A stretch of 64,000 nucleotides of DNA. Origin: Nitrospirota bacterium (GTDB taxonomy: Bacteria > Nitrospirota > Nitrospiria > 2-01-FULL-66-17). The position numbers and the translations under genes are program-made. Position 1 is the first letter of the stretch, and each line of letters begins with the position of its first letter. The stretch lies in contig JBMOMC010000002.1 of the NCBI GenBank assembly GCA_049325335.1, positions 320,001 to 384,000 on the forward strand, read 5' to 3'. Below the pieces are notes generated by a model that ran no database searches, was not told the origin of the DNA, and worked only from the letters and a program-made list of their open reading frames with translations. Below are positions 23,351 through 32,768 of the stretch, piece after piece.

Positions 23351-23553
23351 TTCCTCGCTCGCGTAGGGCAACGCAGCGCCTGATTTGCTTCGCCACCTGT
23401 AGGGACGGAGGCATGGGCATATCGCCCCTGAGCGGGGCGATGCAGGTTCCCGGCGCGAGGCTGCAAGATCAGTTTGGTTTTTTTTAGAACATAAAGATTT
23501 GGCAGCCTCGGCACCGGAAACCGTGCCTCCGTTGCCCTTCGCTAGCGCGGTTG

Positions 23554-23645
23554 GGAGAGATGTCCGAGCCCGGCTGAAGGAGCACGACTGGAAATCGTGT
23601 AGGGGGCCAAAAGTCTCCTCGGGGGTTCAAATCCCCCTCTCTCCG
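23554..23645 (+). tRNA. tRNA-Ser (GGA)
   Basis: Acceptor stem GGAGAGA/TCTCTCC, CACGA-CTGGAAA-TCGTG, long variable arm. Followed by CCG, so CCA is not encoded. Confidence 0.93.
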
Positions 23646-23739
23646 CCGAACCGCGCTTGCGCAGCGCCTGAAGTCCCGGCGCGAGGTTGCAAGGTCTTTA
23701 GGGGTTGCATTTGCTGTGTCTTTATCCAACTTCGCAAAA

Positions 23740-23842
23740 GAAGACCGGGCCCTGTGCGACAGGAGTCTTCGAACCCCGCCAGGTCCGGAAGGAAGCAACG
23801 GTAAGGAGATCCTCCTGGGTGCCGCAGACCAGCCTGGTCTTC
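23740..23842 (+). ncRNA. ffs: Signal recognition particle RNA (small, 4.5S type)
   Basis: Domain IV CCAGGTCCGGAAGGAAGCAACGG, terminal stem GAAGACC/GGTCTTC, typical position upstream of dnaX. Confidence 0.9.
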
Positions 23843-23917
23843 TTTCTTTGTTCGTGACGGGGCGCGACGCCCGCTATCGGGCGTCCGCCTCCGTCACGCG
23901 GCATTAACAGCCGACCC

Positions 23918-25687
23918 ATGACCTACCAGATTCTCTCGCGCAAATGGCGGCCCCAGGGCTTCGACGAAGTCGTGGGGCAGGAGCACGTGACGCGCACGTT
24001 GATCAACGCGATTACGTCGAGTCGTCTGGCGCAGGCGTACCTATTCTCGGGCCCGCGCGGCGTGGGCAAGACCACCACGGCGCGGATCCTCGCCAAGGCA
24101 CTCAATTGCTCGGCCGCGTCGCAGCCCACGCCCACGCCCTGCGGGGAGTGCGCGTCGTGTCGCGACATCGCGGCCGGCACGTCGGTGGACGTGCTGGAGA
24201 TCGACGGTGCCTCGAACACGGGCGTGGACGACGTCCGCGAGTTGCGCGAGCAGGTCAAATACGTCCCGTTCCAAGGGCGGTACAAGGTCTATATCATCGA
24301 TGAAGTCCACATGTTGTCCAACGCGGCCTTCAACGCGTTGCTCAAGACGTTGGAGGAGCCGCCGCCGCACCTGGTCTTCTTGTTCGCCACGACCGAGTCG
24401 CACAAGATTTTGCCGACGATTCTCTCGCGGTGCCAGCACTTTCGTCTCAAGCGGGTGGCGCGGTTGGACATGATGGGTCGGCTGGGGACGATCGCCGCCG
24501 CGGAAGGCCTGGCGATCGAAGAGCGCGCGTTGGCGTTGATCGCCAAGGTGTCCGAGGGCAGCGTGCGCGACGCACTCAGTATCGTCGATCAAGTGGTGGC
24601 CGCGAGCGGCGCTACCGTACGGGAGGCCGACGTATCCGCGCTGTTGGGCGTGGTGGATCGCCAGGGATTCTCCGCGCTCACCCGGGCGATCCGTGAGAAA
24701 GACGCGGCCGGCGCGATTGCCGCGGCGCGCGCGTTGTTCGATTACGGTCACGATGTCAAATTGTTGTGCGCCGATCTGGTCGAATACGTTCGGCACCTCA
24801 CGAGCCTCAAAGTGGGGGGGCGGGCCGCGGAGACGCTGGACCTGCCGCGGGAAGAAGTCGACGAATTGCGCGAGGCGGCGGCATCGTTCGAACTGGATGA
24901 ACTACAGCGGTTGTTCACAGTGTTTACTCAGGCGCAGGAGGACATCCGGTTCGCGATGTATCCGCCGTTTACGTTGGAAATGGCGGTGGTCAAGGCCACG
25001 CGGGTGGTGGCGCTGGAACCCATCGAGCGGTTGATCGCGCGCGTGGATGCGTTGGGTGGGGGCGATCGAGGAAGCGCCCCGCCGCCGGCGCAACGCGCGG
25101 CTCCCGCGCGACGGGAGACGGCGCCTCCGTCCGTCCACGCGGCTCCGCCCCGAACCGTCGAGCCGACGGTCGATCCGCGTTCCGCGGCGCCTCCGTCGGG
25201 CGGTCGAGGTGCGCTTGAGCCGGATCGGTTGTGGGGGCTGGTAATGCAGCGTGTCGCGGAGGAAAAACCCAATTTGGAATCGTACCTCCGCAGTGGCCGG
25301 CCGGTCGCCGCCGGGGCTGATGAATTGATTGTCGAATACGAGCCGGCGGATGTGTGGGCCGCTGACCTGGCGGCGCGGGAGGACAACCGATCGTACGTGG
25401 CGCGGGTCCTCCGCGAGGCGACGGGGTGCGAGGTGGCGTTCCGGATCCGTCGTCGTGGAGGCTCCTCGGCCGGTGGCGCGCGTCCGACCGCGGCGGCTGA
25501 ACGTCCGGCCCCGCGCGCGGGCGCCGAGAAGGTTTCATCCGGTAGCGCGAGTCCGTCGCGCCGGGCCGTGGTGGCCGATGTGGTGGCCCACCCGGTGGTG
25601 AAGGACGTGCTGGAGGTGTTCGACGGCGAGGTGATGGACGTTCGTGATTTGAACGAATCAGGGGAACGAGGGGACGGCGAAGAATGA
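23918..25687 (+). CDS. dnaX: DNA polymerase III subunit gamma/tau
   Basis: SRKWRPQ, GPRGVGKT, Zn-binding cysteines, IIDEVHML, SRC motif, Pro-rich linker. Confidence 0.96.
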   Translation: MTYQILSRKWRPQGFDEVVGQEHVTRTLINAITSSRLAQAYLFSGPRGVGKTTTARILAKALNCSAASQPTPTPCGECASCRDIAAGTSVDVLEIDGASNTGVDDVRELREQVKYVPFQGRYKVYIIDEVHMLSNAAFNALLKTLEEPPPHLVFLFATTESHKILPTILSRCQHFRLKRVARLDMMGRLGTIAAAEGLAIEERALALIAKVSEGSVRDALSIVDQVVAASGATVREADVSALLGVVDRQGFSALTRAIREKDAAGAIAAARALFDYGHDVKLLCADLVEYVRHLTSLKVGGRAAETLDLPREEVDELREAAASFELDELQRLFTVFTQAQEDIRFAMYPPFTLEMAVVKATRVVALEPIERLIARVDALGGGDRGSAPPPAQRAAPARRETAPPSVHAAPPRTVEPTVDPRSAAPPSGGRGALEPDRLWGLVMQRVAEEKPNLESYLRSGRPVAAGADELIVEYEPADVWAADLAAREDNRSYVARVLREATGCEVAFRIRRRGGSSAGGARPTAAAERPAPRAGAEKVSSGSASPSRRAVVADVVAHPVVKDVLEVFDGEVMDVRDLNESGERGDGEE

Positions 25688-25702
25688 CGCGGAGGCGTGG
25701 TC

Positions 25703-26032
25703 ATGTTGGGGAATAAGCGGATGATGGGCGATCTCATGCGCCAGGCGCAGGCGCTGCAAGAACGGATGGCCAAGCTTCAGGAGGAAGCCGGGAGCAAGAC
25801 CGTCCAAGGGTCGGCGGGCGGCGGCATGGTGACCGTGGTCGCAAATGGCCGACAGGAAGTGCTCTCCGTGAAGCTTGATCCCGAGATCGTAAAGTCCCAA
25901 GATCAGGAAATGCTCCAGGACTTGATCGTGGCCGGCGTCAACGACGCGCTGAAAAAGGCGCAGGCGATGATGGCCGAGGAAATGAAGAGCGTCACCGGCG
26001 GGATGGGGTTGAATATCCCCGGCCTCTTCTGA
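25703..26032 (+). CDS. ybaB: YbaB/EbfC nucleoid-associated protein
   Basis: [24 protein letters not shown]. Lies between dnaX and recR. Confidence 0.93.
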   Translation: MLGNKRMMGDLMRQAQALQERMAKLQEEAGSKTVQGSAGGGMVTVVANGRQEVLSVKLDPEIVKSQDQEMLQDLIVAGVNDALKKAQAMMAEEMKSVTGGMGLNIPGLF

Positions 26033-26042
26033 GCGCAGGCGA

Positions 26043-26636
26043 ATGGTCAACGGCGTGTTTCAACGGGTGGTCGATTCGTTCAAGCGACTGCCCGGTATCG
26101 GACAGAAGACGGCGCAGCGGCTGGGATTCTATCTCCTGAAAATGCCGGATAGCGAGGCCGCCGCGATCGCGCAGGCGATCATCGACCTCAAAGCGCAGAT
26201 TCAGTTCTGCCCGGTCTGTCAGAACATGACCGAAACGCCGTTGTGCGAAATTTGCCGAGATCCGGTCCGCGACCGCACCCGCATCCTCGTGGTGGAGGAG
26301 CCCAGCACGGTGTACGCGATCGAGCGGACCGGCGAGTATCACGGCCTGTATCACGTGTTATTGGGCGCGATTTCTCCGCTCGACAACGTCAAACCCGAAG
26401 ACATTAAAGCCAAGGAACTGCTGGATCGACTCGGGAGCGGAGACGTCCATGAGGTTATTATGGCCACGGATCCCAACATCGAAGGGGAGGCCACGGCGCT
26501 CTATCTGACGCGCCTCATCAAACCGTTGGGCATCAAGGTAACGCGCTTAGCCTACGGGATTCCAGTGGGTATTGATTTGGAGTTCGCTGACGACGTGACG
26601 TTAATCAAGTCGCTGGAGGGGCGGCGGGACTTTTAG
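26043..26636 (+). CDS. recR: Recombination mediator RecR
   Basis: LPGIGQKTAQR, C4 zinc finger, Toprim motif EGEATA. Confidence 0.96.
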   Translation: MVNGVFQRVVDSFKRLPGIGQKTAQRLGFYLLKMPDSEAAAIAQAIIDLKAQIQFCPVCQNMTETPLCEICRDPVRDRTRILVVEEPSTVYAIERTGEYHGLYHVLLGAISPLDNVKPEDIKAKELLDRLGSGDVHEVIMATDPNIEGEATALYLTRLIKPLGIKVTRLAYGIPVGIDLEFADDVTLIKSLEGRRDF

Positions 26637-26816
26637 GTTGCGATGCGCTTGGGACGGCTCTCCATTGGGCCGAGAGTCCTAGCTGAATAGCACGTTCTGG
26701 GGCTTTTTCTCCTCAACCAAGGGCTTTTGACAGGTTGACTTGGTCTTCATTTCCACGGTAAGGTGAGGCCCTCAGGAGAGGGGCGTGGAGGGCTGATCAG
26801 AACTCCTCGTATTTAA

Positions 26817-26846
26817 TTGACAATTCCAGAACCACTGCACTATCAT
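26817..26846 (+). promoter_or_regulatory. Sigma70-like promoter for the por operon
   Basis: TTGACA-18nt-TATCAT in an AT-rich intergenic region. Confidence 0.5.
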
Positions 26847-26990
26847 GGCGCTACATTATTTCCGCTTTACCCGACACGCCACGGTGCCCGGTTTGTGGTA
26901 GGATGACGTATATCAGGATATTGTCTGATTTGGGTTAATTTGAATCTGGTGGACGGGGTTGGTTCACCGCTCTTCTAAGGAGAGGGGACT

Positions 26991-28193
26991 ATGGAATCAC
27001 CGACAAAAATTGGGACTGCCAATAAGAAGGGGCAGGTCTATACCGATCCCCGCAAGCTTTTTTTCGAAGCGCCGCGTACACCGTCGTTTCTCACCGGCAG
27101 CGAGGTCATCAAGGAAGCGATTCGCCGGGCGAGCATTGACGTCATGGTGGCGTATCCTATCACGCCCCAGAGCGAGGCTGCTGCGTTGATTGGCGAACTC
27201 TTCGCGGAAGGGTATGTCGGTGATTACATGCGTGGCGAGAGTGAGTTCGCCGTGATGTCGCAGTGCGCGGGCGCGGCGTTCGGCGGGGCGCGCGTGTTCA
27301 CGACGACCGCCGGCCCGGGGACGCTGCGCGCGTACGAGAACTTTCCGATGTGGGCGGGCGCTCGTCTGCCCATTCAGGTCATCGTGACCTGCCGCGGCGT
27401 CAACTCGCCGTTGAGCATTCAGCCTGATACGCTGGAGATCGGGCTGATTATCGATACCGGAATGATGATCTGGCACGCCGAGTCGGCGCAGGATTTCTTC
27501 GATTGGATTCTGATGGGGTATATCGTGTCCGAGCAGCCGGATGTCCACCTTCCCCTCGCCCTGTGCTGCGACGGATTTTTCGTGACCCATACCAAGGATA
27601 CGGTCAATTTGACGCCGGCCGACATGACGCTCCCGCCGTACGATCCGTACCGGTCCCCGGTGCCGTGCATGGACATGGAGTGTCCCCCGGTGCGCATGAT
27701 GCGGGATCCCTTTATCATGAAGTCCAACTACATCAGCTACGCCACCCACGCGTCGTGGCAGCAAGAGGTCCGGGCCGCCTGCGAACGCTCTCGGAAACAC
27801 GCAAGCGCCTTGTTGGGCGGCTTGATCGATACCGAGAATATCGACGCCGAGATCCTGATCGTCGCGTCCGGCACCGCGGTGTCGCAGGGCCGGGAAGCGA
27901 TCCGCTTGTTGGAGGCCGAGGGGATCAAGGTGGGGTTGGTGAAGGTCAAGACCATCCGGCCGTTCCCGACCGAGGAAATTCGCCAGGCCACCAAAAACGC
28001 CAAGTGGATTATCGTGCCGGAGTTCAATGTGGTGGGGTGGATGGCCCGCGAACTCTCCGCGGTGCTTGACCGCAACGACCGCGTGGTGGCGGGACCGCAC
28101 GTGGCGGGCGGGATGACGATGCCGCCCGAGGTGATTGTCGAGCAGATCCACAAAGTCATCAAAGTCGGGAAGGGGGCTCTCGTCCATGGGTAA
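26991..28193 (+). CDS. porA: Pyruvate:ferredoxin oxidoreductase alpha subunit (Nitrospira/Hydrogenobacter type)
   Basis: AYPITPQ, ESEFAVMS, TTAGPG, RPFP. Pyruvate rather than 2-oxoglutarate specificity is assigned from recalled similarity, not computed. Confidence 0.85.
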   Translation: MESPTKIGTANKKGQVYTDPRKLFFEAPRTPSFLTGSEVIKEAIRRASIDVMVAYPITPQSEAAALIGELFAEGYVGDYMRGESEFAVMSQCAGAAFGGARVFTTTAGPGTLRAYENFPMWAGARLPIQVIVTCRGVNSPLSIQPDTLEIGLIIDTGMMIWHAESAQDFFDWILMGYIVSEQPDVHLPLALCCDGFFVTHTKDTVNLTPADMTLPPYDPYRSPVPCMDMECPPVRMMRDPFIMKSNYISYATHASWQQEVRAACERSRKHASALLGGLIDTENIDAEILIVASGTAVSQGREAIRLLEAEGIKVGLVKVKTIRPFPTEEIRQATKNAKWIIVPEFNVVGWMARELSAVLDRNDRVVAGPHVAGGMTMPPEVIVEQIHKVIKVGKGALVHG

Positions 28194-29079
28194 AGATAAG
28201 ATTCGGATCAATGAAGAGTTCTACGACATCATGCCCGTGGAATATCGGGACATGGTGGAAGATGCCACGTATGGCAAAGAAGACCGCGGGTGGAAGGACA
28301 TCGGCGTCCACAAGGAATTGATCGAAGAGCACTCGCTCTGCGCGGGCTGTCCGGAGTCCATGGCGTTCCGCTACATCCTCGCGTCGCTCCCCGCGCCGGA
28401 AGACACGGTGATGGTCGGCTCGACCGGCTGCACCAGTCTCGTGTTTCCGATGGTCGCGGTCCACAACATCCACTCATTATTCGGGAACCAGAACGCAATC
28501 GCGACGGGCTTGAAGCGTGCACTCACGGTGCGCTTCCCAAACAGGGTCAAAGACGTCGTGGTCCTGGCTGGGGACGGCGCAACCGTGGATATCGGGCTCG
28601 ACATGACGTTGCAGGCGTGGTTCCGGCAGGAGAAGTTTACAACCATCTGCTTTGACAACGAATTGTACGCGAACACCGGCGGTCAGGAGTCGGGTCTGAT
28701 GCAAAAAGGGTTCGTGGCCAAGATGGCGCCGGTTGGCAAGAAGTTCGAGAAGGTTCGGCTCCCGGAAATCGCGCGCGAATCCGGCTGTCACTACGTCGTC
28801 AATATGACGGTGAGCCAACCGGGTCGTGTGGAGAAGGTGATCAAGAACGCGGTGCACATCGCGCGCGAGATCGGCCCGACCTACCTCCAACTCTACACGC
28901 CCTGCATCTTGGAGATTGGCAAGCAGAGCATGGAGGGGTTGCAGGAGATGCGTGACTCCGAGAAGCCCACCCAGCGGTTTGCCTACAAGGAATATATCAG
29001 CGACGAAGCAAAGGCCTACCTTGCCGATCTGGACGCCAAGCGGAAAACCGCTGCGGCCCAGTTGGCGAGCAAGAACTGA
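28186..29079 (+). CDS. porB: Pyruvate:ferredoxin oxidoreductase beta subunit
   Basis: LCAGC, TGC, TPP-binding GDG...DNELYANTGGQ. Confidence 0.87.
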   Translation: MGKDKIRINEEFYDIMPVEYRDMVEDATYGKEDRGWKDIGVHKELIEEHSLCAGCPESMAFRYILASLPAPEDTVMVGSTGCTSLVFPMVAVHNIHSLFGNQNAIATGLKRALTVRFPNRVKDVVVLAGDGATVDIGLDMTLQAWFRQEKFTTICFDNELYANTGGQESGLMQKGFVAKMAPVGKKFEKVRLPEIARESGCHYVVNMTVSQPGRVEKVIKNAVHIAREIGPTYLQLYTPCILEIGKQSMEGLQEMRDSEKPTQRFAYKEYISDEAKAYLADLDAKRKTAAAQLASKN

Positions 29080-29091
29080 GGAGCACGAGCG

Positions 29092-29775
29092 ATGGCAAAA
29101 CGACTCAATATCCGGATTTCCGGCCTCGGCGGGCAGGGGGCGGTCACCTCGGCGCACCTGTTGGCGATGGCCGCCAATAAAGACGGAAAGTTTGCCATTT
29201 CCAACCCGTTTTTCGGCGCGGAAAAACGCATGGCCCCGGCTGAAAGTTATGCGCGCATCGGGTCGGAGAAGATCTACGACCGTGGCGAGATCGTCTACCC
29301 CGAGGCGATCATGATTTACCACCCGCAGGTGATTACCATGGGGAAAAGTTACACCATGCCGTTTTATTCGGGTATTCGGCGCGATGGGCTGGTGATCATC
29401 AATTCCTCATCGCCGCTGTTGCCTGAAGACGACGTCAAAAGCCTGGATAATTTAGGCGTGAGCGTGTTTTATATCGACGCCACCAACCTGGCGCTCGAAG
29501 TCGCGGGCACCGAGTTGTCGACCAATATGGCGATGATCGGCGCGCTGGCTGGGATCACGAAGGTGGTGACGATGGAAGCGATGGACCAGGCGCTCCAGGA
29601 CCGCTTTGGAAAGAAGTATGTGGCCTCCGGCGGGACCGCGACCCTGGACGAAGCGATTAAGAAGAAGTTCGCCAAAAAGGAACAGTTGTTGGCGAAGAAC
29701 TTGGCGACGGTGGTCAAAGCCTATGAACTCGGCGCTGAGTGGGCGAAGACCCACCAGGTGGCTGCGGTCGCCTAG
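29092..29775 (+). CDS. porC: Pyruvate:ferredoxin oxidoreductase gamma subunit
   Basis: ISGLGGQG, FGAEKRMAP, NMAMIGA. Confidence 0.87.
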   Translation: MAKRLNIRISGLGGQGAVTSAHLLAMAANKDGKFAISNPFFGAEKRMAPAESYARIGSEKIYDRGEIVYPEAIMIYHPQVITMGKSYTMPFYSGIRRDGLVIINSSSPLLPEDDVKSLDNLGVSVFYIDATNLALEVAGTELSTNMAMIGALAGITKVVTMEAMDQALQDRFGKKYVASGGTATLDEAIKKKFAKKEQLLAKNLATVVKAYELGAEWAKTHQVAAVA

Positions 29776-29811
29776 TCACGATCGGAACACGAGGGAACGG
29801 AGAGTCCGTGC

Positions 29812-30096
29812 ATGTATAACGTAGCGTTTGTTGAAGACGACAAGTGTGTGGCCCAGAAGGGCTGTCGGCTGTGCATCATGTATTGCCCGGAGGCCGACTG
29901 CATCATGCTGGATCAGGAGAAGATGAAAGCCTATGTCGTTGTGAACCGATGCAAGGGCTGTGAACTGTGCAAGGTCGTGTGTGACGCGGCGAAACATAAT
30001 GCCATTCTTATGGCGCCGGTGAACGGCGCGACCGGCGAGATTATTCTGGGCAAAAAAGCCGGAGAATCGGCCGGGCTGGGCCAGGCGTACCAATAA
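29812..30096 (+). CDS. porE: Ferredoxin-like (epsilon) subunit of POR
   Basis: Two 4Fe-4S motifs, CVAQKGCRLCIMYCP and CKGCELCKVVC. Confidence 0.8.
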   Translation: MYNVAFVEDDKCVAQKGCRLCIMYCPEADCIMLDQEKMKAYVVVNRCKGCELCKVVCDAAKHNAILMAPVNGATGEIILGKKAGESAGLGQAYQ

Positions 30097-30116
30097 CTGA
30101 TTGTGGAGGCCACCGA

Positions 30117-30152
30117 CCCCCATGGCGAACCGCCATGGGGGTTTGTGCTTTT
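30117..30152 (+). terminator. Intrinsic terminator after the por operon
   Basis: CCCCCATGGCG-AAC-CGCCATGGGGG followed by TTTGTGCTTTT. Confidence 0.7.
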
Positions 30153-30175
30153 AGGTCGGGAGCGGGAGACATCGA

Positions 30176-30436
30176 ATGACCGAGGATTTTCAACAGGCGC
30201 TCTTGCAAGTGGCGAAGTCGATGGACGGGTTGGCGCAGGTCTTCGAGCACCGTGTCGCGGAACTCCGCGCGCTGGGAGAGTCCGAGGAGCAGATTCGCGA
30301 CGCAGTCGGCGCGGTCCAAGCCGTCAAGGACAGTGGGGCGATCTATCTGACCTGGGCGAATCACTATGCCAAACGCGTGGCCGGTGGGGAGATGGAAGCC
30401 GAGAATGACTTGGCCGACGATGACTTTGAGAGTTGA
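30176..30436 (+). CDS. Small acidic hypothetical protein
   Basis: 86-aa ORF with SD GGGAG, helical pattern and acidic tail. Confidence 0.65.
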   Translation: MTEDFQQALLQVAKSMDGLAQVFEHRVAELRALGESEEQIRDAVGAVQAVKDSGAIYLTWANHYAKRVAGGEMEAENDLADDDFES

Positions 30437-30537
30437 GCCCATCCCGTACCAGAATGTCCGTCCGGCGTGACGGTTCCCGTTTCTTGATCAATCCCTGATC
30501 CTGTGTTATACCTACCACCGATTTCGGAGGTGTGGGC

Positions 30538-31032
30538 ATGCCCGATTCCGGTTTGGTGATGTATGAGGAAGAGTTCAAACTCATCGACGCCGAACTTTCA
30601 AAACTTCACGAGCAGGCCAACGCCAAACTTACCTTCCTCGTTGATAAAAACGGCCAACTGATTACCAGCGTGGGCGAAACCAAAGGGGTCGATACAACCT
30701 CGTTGGCGTCGTTGACCGCGGGCAATATCGCCGCCACCGGCGGGATGGCGAAACTCCTCGGTGAAAAAGAGTTTTCCGTGCTGTTTCACGAGGGCGAGCG
30801 GGACAATATCCATATTTCGGTCATCGGTCAACGCGTGATCTTAGTCGTCATTTTTGACCAGCGCTCGTCATTGGGTTTGGTCCGCCTGCGGGCCAAAAAG
30901 GCCTCCGACGTGTTGGTGAAGCTCTTCGAACAGATCTTCGCGAAAGTTGAGAAGGAGCGCGGCGTGAAGCAAGTGACCAAATCGCCGTTCGCCGAGATTA
31001 CCGAAGAGGATATTGAGAAGCTGTTCGGCTAA
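30538..31032 (+). CDS. mglB: MglB roadblock/LC7 GTPase-activating protein
   Basis: LVMYEEEF, LVDKNGQLI, DTTSLASLTAGN, SSLGLVRLR, FAEITEEDIEKLF. Confidence 0.93.
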   Translation: MPDSGLVMYEEEFKLIDAELSKLHEQANAKLTFLVDKNGQLITSVGETKGVDTTSLASLTAGNIAATGGMAKLLGEKEFSVLFHEGERDNIHISVIGQRVILVVIFDQRSSLGLVRLRAKKASDVLVKLFEQIFAKVEKERGVKQVTKSPFAEITEEDIEKLFG

Positions 31033-31047
31033 GGAGCGCGTTCGTCA

Positions 31048-31635
31048 ATGTCCTTCATCAACTATTCGGCTCGAGAGATCAATTGTAAGATCGTGTATTA
31101 CGGACCGGGGCTCTGCGGGAAGACCACCAACCTGCTCTACATTTATAAGAAGACCAATCCCGACAGCAAAGGCAAGATGATCTCGCTGGCGACCGAGACG
31201 GAACGGACGCTGTTTTTTGATTTTCTCCCGTTGTCCTTGGGCAGTATCCGGGGGTTTAAGGTCCGCTTTCATCTCTACACCGTTCCGGGACAGGTGTTCT
31301 ACGACGCCAGCCGCAAGTTGATCTTGCGCGGGGTTGACGGGGTCGTGTTCGTCGGTGATTCGCAGGTGGAGCGGATGGAAGCGAACGTCGAGAGCATAGA
31401 GAATCTCCGCAAGAATTTACAGGAGCAGGGATTTAATCCGGACACGATTCCGTTCGTGGTGCAATACAATAAACGTGACTTGCCCAACGTGGTGCCGGTG
31501 GCGGAAATGGAGAAGGCGCTCAACCCGCGTAAGGCCGCCTCGTTCGAGGCCGTGGCCATGAGCGGACCCGGCGTCTTCGAGACGCTGAAGGAAGTATCCA
31601 AACAAGTGATTCTGGAACTAAAGAAGCAAGGCTGA
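31048..31635 (+). CDS. mglA: Small GTPase MglA
   Basis: [44 protein letters not shown]. Confidence 0.96.
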   Translation: MSFINYSAREINCKIVYYGPGLCGKTTNLLYIYKKTNPDSKGKMISLATETERTLFFDFLPLSLGSIRGFKVRFHLYTVPGQVFYDASRKLILRGVDGVVFVGDSQVERMEANVESIENLRKNLQEQGFNPDTIPFVVQYNKRDLPNVVPVAEMEKALNPRKAASFEAVAMSGPGVFETLKEVSKQVILELKKQG

Positions 31636-31770
31636 TTGTCGGTCCCTGCTGCTTCGTGCAGGGGATGCACTCGCCGTGTACTTTCAGGTATAATCCCACC
31701 CACACGTTTTGCTGCGCCATGGGTAAGGTGGATACGTTTTAAAGTTTGCGCCGTTGGCGCAATACCTATT

Positions 31771-31843
31771 TCCCCGGTAGCTCAGCTGGCAGAGCGGTCG
31801 GCTGTTAACCGATTGGTCGCTGGTTCGAATCCGGCCCGGGGAG
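31771..31843 (+). tRNA. tRNA-Asn (GTT)
   Basis: TCCCCGG/CCGGGGA acceptor stem, TCGG-CTGTTAA-CCGA, GGTTCGAATCC. CCA is not encoded. Confidence 0.95.
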
Positions 31844-31875
31844 CATCTGATGCCGGTTAACCCGGCGTCATTCTT

Positions 31876-31922
31876 GAGGGCCCGCCCGATCCGATGTTCC
31901 GGGCGGGCCCTCTTGTGTGTTG
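31876..31922 (+). terminator. Putative terminator after tRNA-Asn
   Basis: 13-bp stem GAGGGCCCGCCCG/CGGGCGGGCCCTC with a T/G-rich tail. Confidence 0.55.
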
Positions 31923-32052
31923 TTCCGGCGAGCAACCTTGCGGCAGGGATTGAGACTCGACGGAGAGCCGTTCGCGGGATCCCGGGACTCCTCGGCCCAT
32001 CGTGTGACCGACCGGCTTGTCGGGCTCTCGCGGGCCGTGGTATCGTCCAGGC

Positions 32053-32556
32053 GTGGCACCGTTCGAGACTAATCGTTCCGTGGCGCGCGCGTTCATCAAG
32101 ATGGCCCAACTCCTGGAACGCCAGGGGGAGAATCCGTACCGCGCGCGCGCGTACCGTCGGGGCGCCGGGGCGGTGTGGGCCTGCCGCGAACCCATCGAAC
32201 GCCTGGCCGCGCTCGGAAGGCTTGAAACGTTGTCCGGCATCGGGGAGGACTTGGCCGCCAAGATCCATGAAATTTTGGACACCGGAACATTCGCGGGGTA
32301 CGAGTCCCAGGTTCGCCAATCCGACCCTGCGGTGCACGCCCTGGTCCAAGACGGCTTGACGCCGGACCTGGCGTTACTGGTCGACGCGTACCGGCGCCGG
32401 GGAGCGATGGACGAGTTGCGGGGACTGGCAGCCTCCCATCTGCTTCGGAGCCTGCCCGGGGTGACGCGGGATGCCGAACAGCGATTGCTGGCCTGGATCG
32501 CGGGACCGCACGCTTCGCAAGCGTCGGGGAAAGGTCCCCACCGCGTGACGGATTAG
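32053..32556 (+). CDS. Stand-alone DNA polymerase X N-terminal HhH-domain protein
   Basis: NRSVA...MAQLLERQGENPYRARAYRRGA...LSGIGEDLAAKIHEILDTG matches the PolX 8-kDa domain. No catalytic or PHP domain follows. Confidence 0.75.
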   Translation: MAPFETNRSVARAFIKMAQLLERQGENPYRARAYRRGAGAVWACREPIERLAALGRLETLSGIGEDLAAKIHEILDTGTFAGYESQVRQSDPAVHALVQDGLTPDLALLVDAYRRRGAMDELRGLAASHLLRSLPGVTRDAEQRLLAWIAGPHASQASGKGPHRVTD

Positions 32557-32732
32557 TCGGATACTTATGAGTCGGTTGGACGGACTCAACGAAAGACGGT
32601 GTGCGCCGTGGGTCGGTGTGTGTTGCGAACAACGAACACCGGAACCAGCCACACGTTTGTTGACGCCGCCACATTAACCACATATTAAAGCGACTACGCC
32701 ACACTCGGTAGCGTTCGTCCCATCGGGAATTC

Positions 32733-32761
32733 TTGTCAAGGACCCCGCCCCTTCCTATAAT
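32733..32761 (+). promoter_or_regulatory. Sigma70-like promoter
   Basis: TTGTCA-17nt-TATAAT, ending 7 nt before GTG 32769. Confidence 0.6.
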
Positions 32762-32768
32762 CAGGCGC

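Noticed and set aside
23198..23699. Repeated ~60-nt units considered as a CRISPR array or prophage att sites
   Set aside because: There are only two units, the intervening sequences are tRNAs, and there is no cas gene, integrase or duplicated tRNA 3' end in the window.
23918..25687. Programmed frameshift in dnaX
   Set aside because: No A-AAA-AAG or poly-A slippery site was seen in the linker region.
32557..32730. AT-richer gap with a minus-strand TTGACA, possible sRNA or small ORF
   Set aside because: No convincing -10 element, terminator, SD or recognisable RNA motif.
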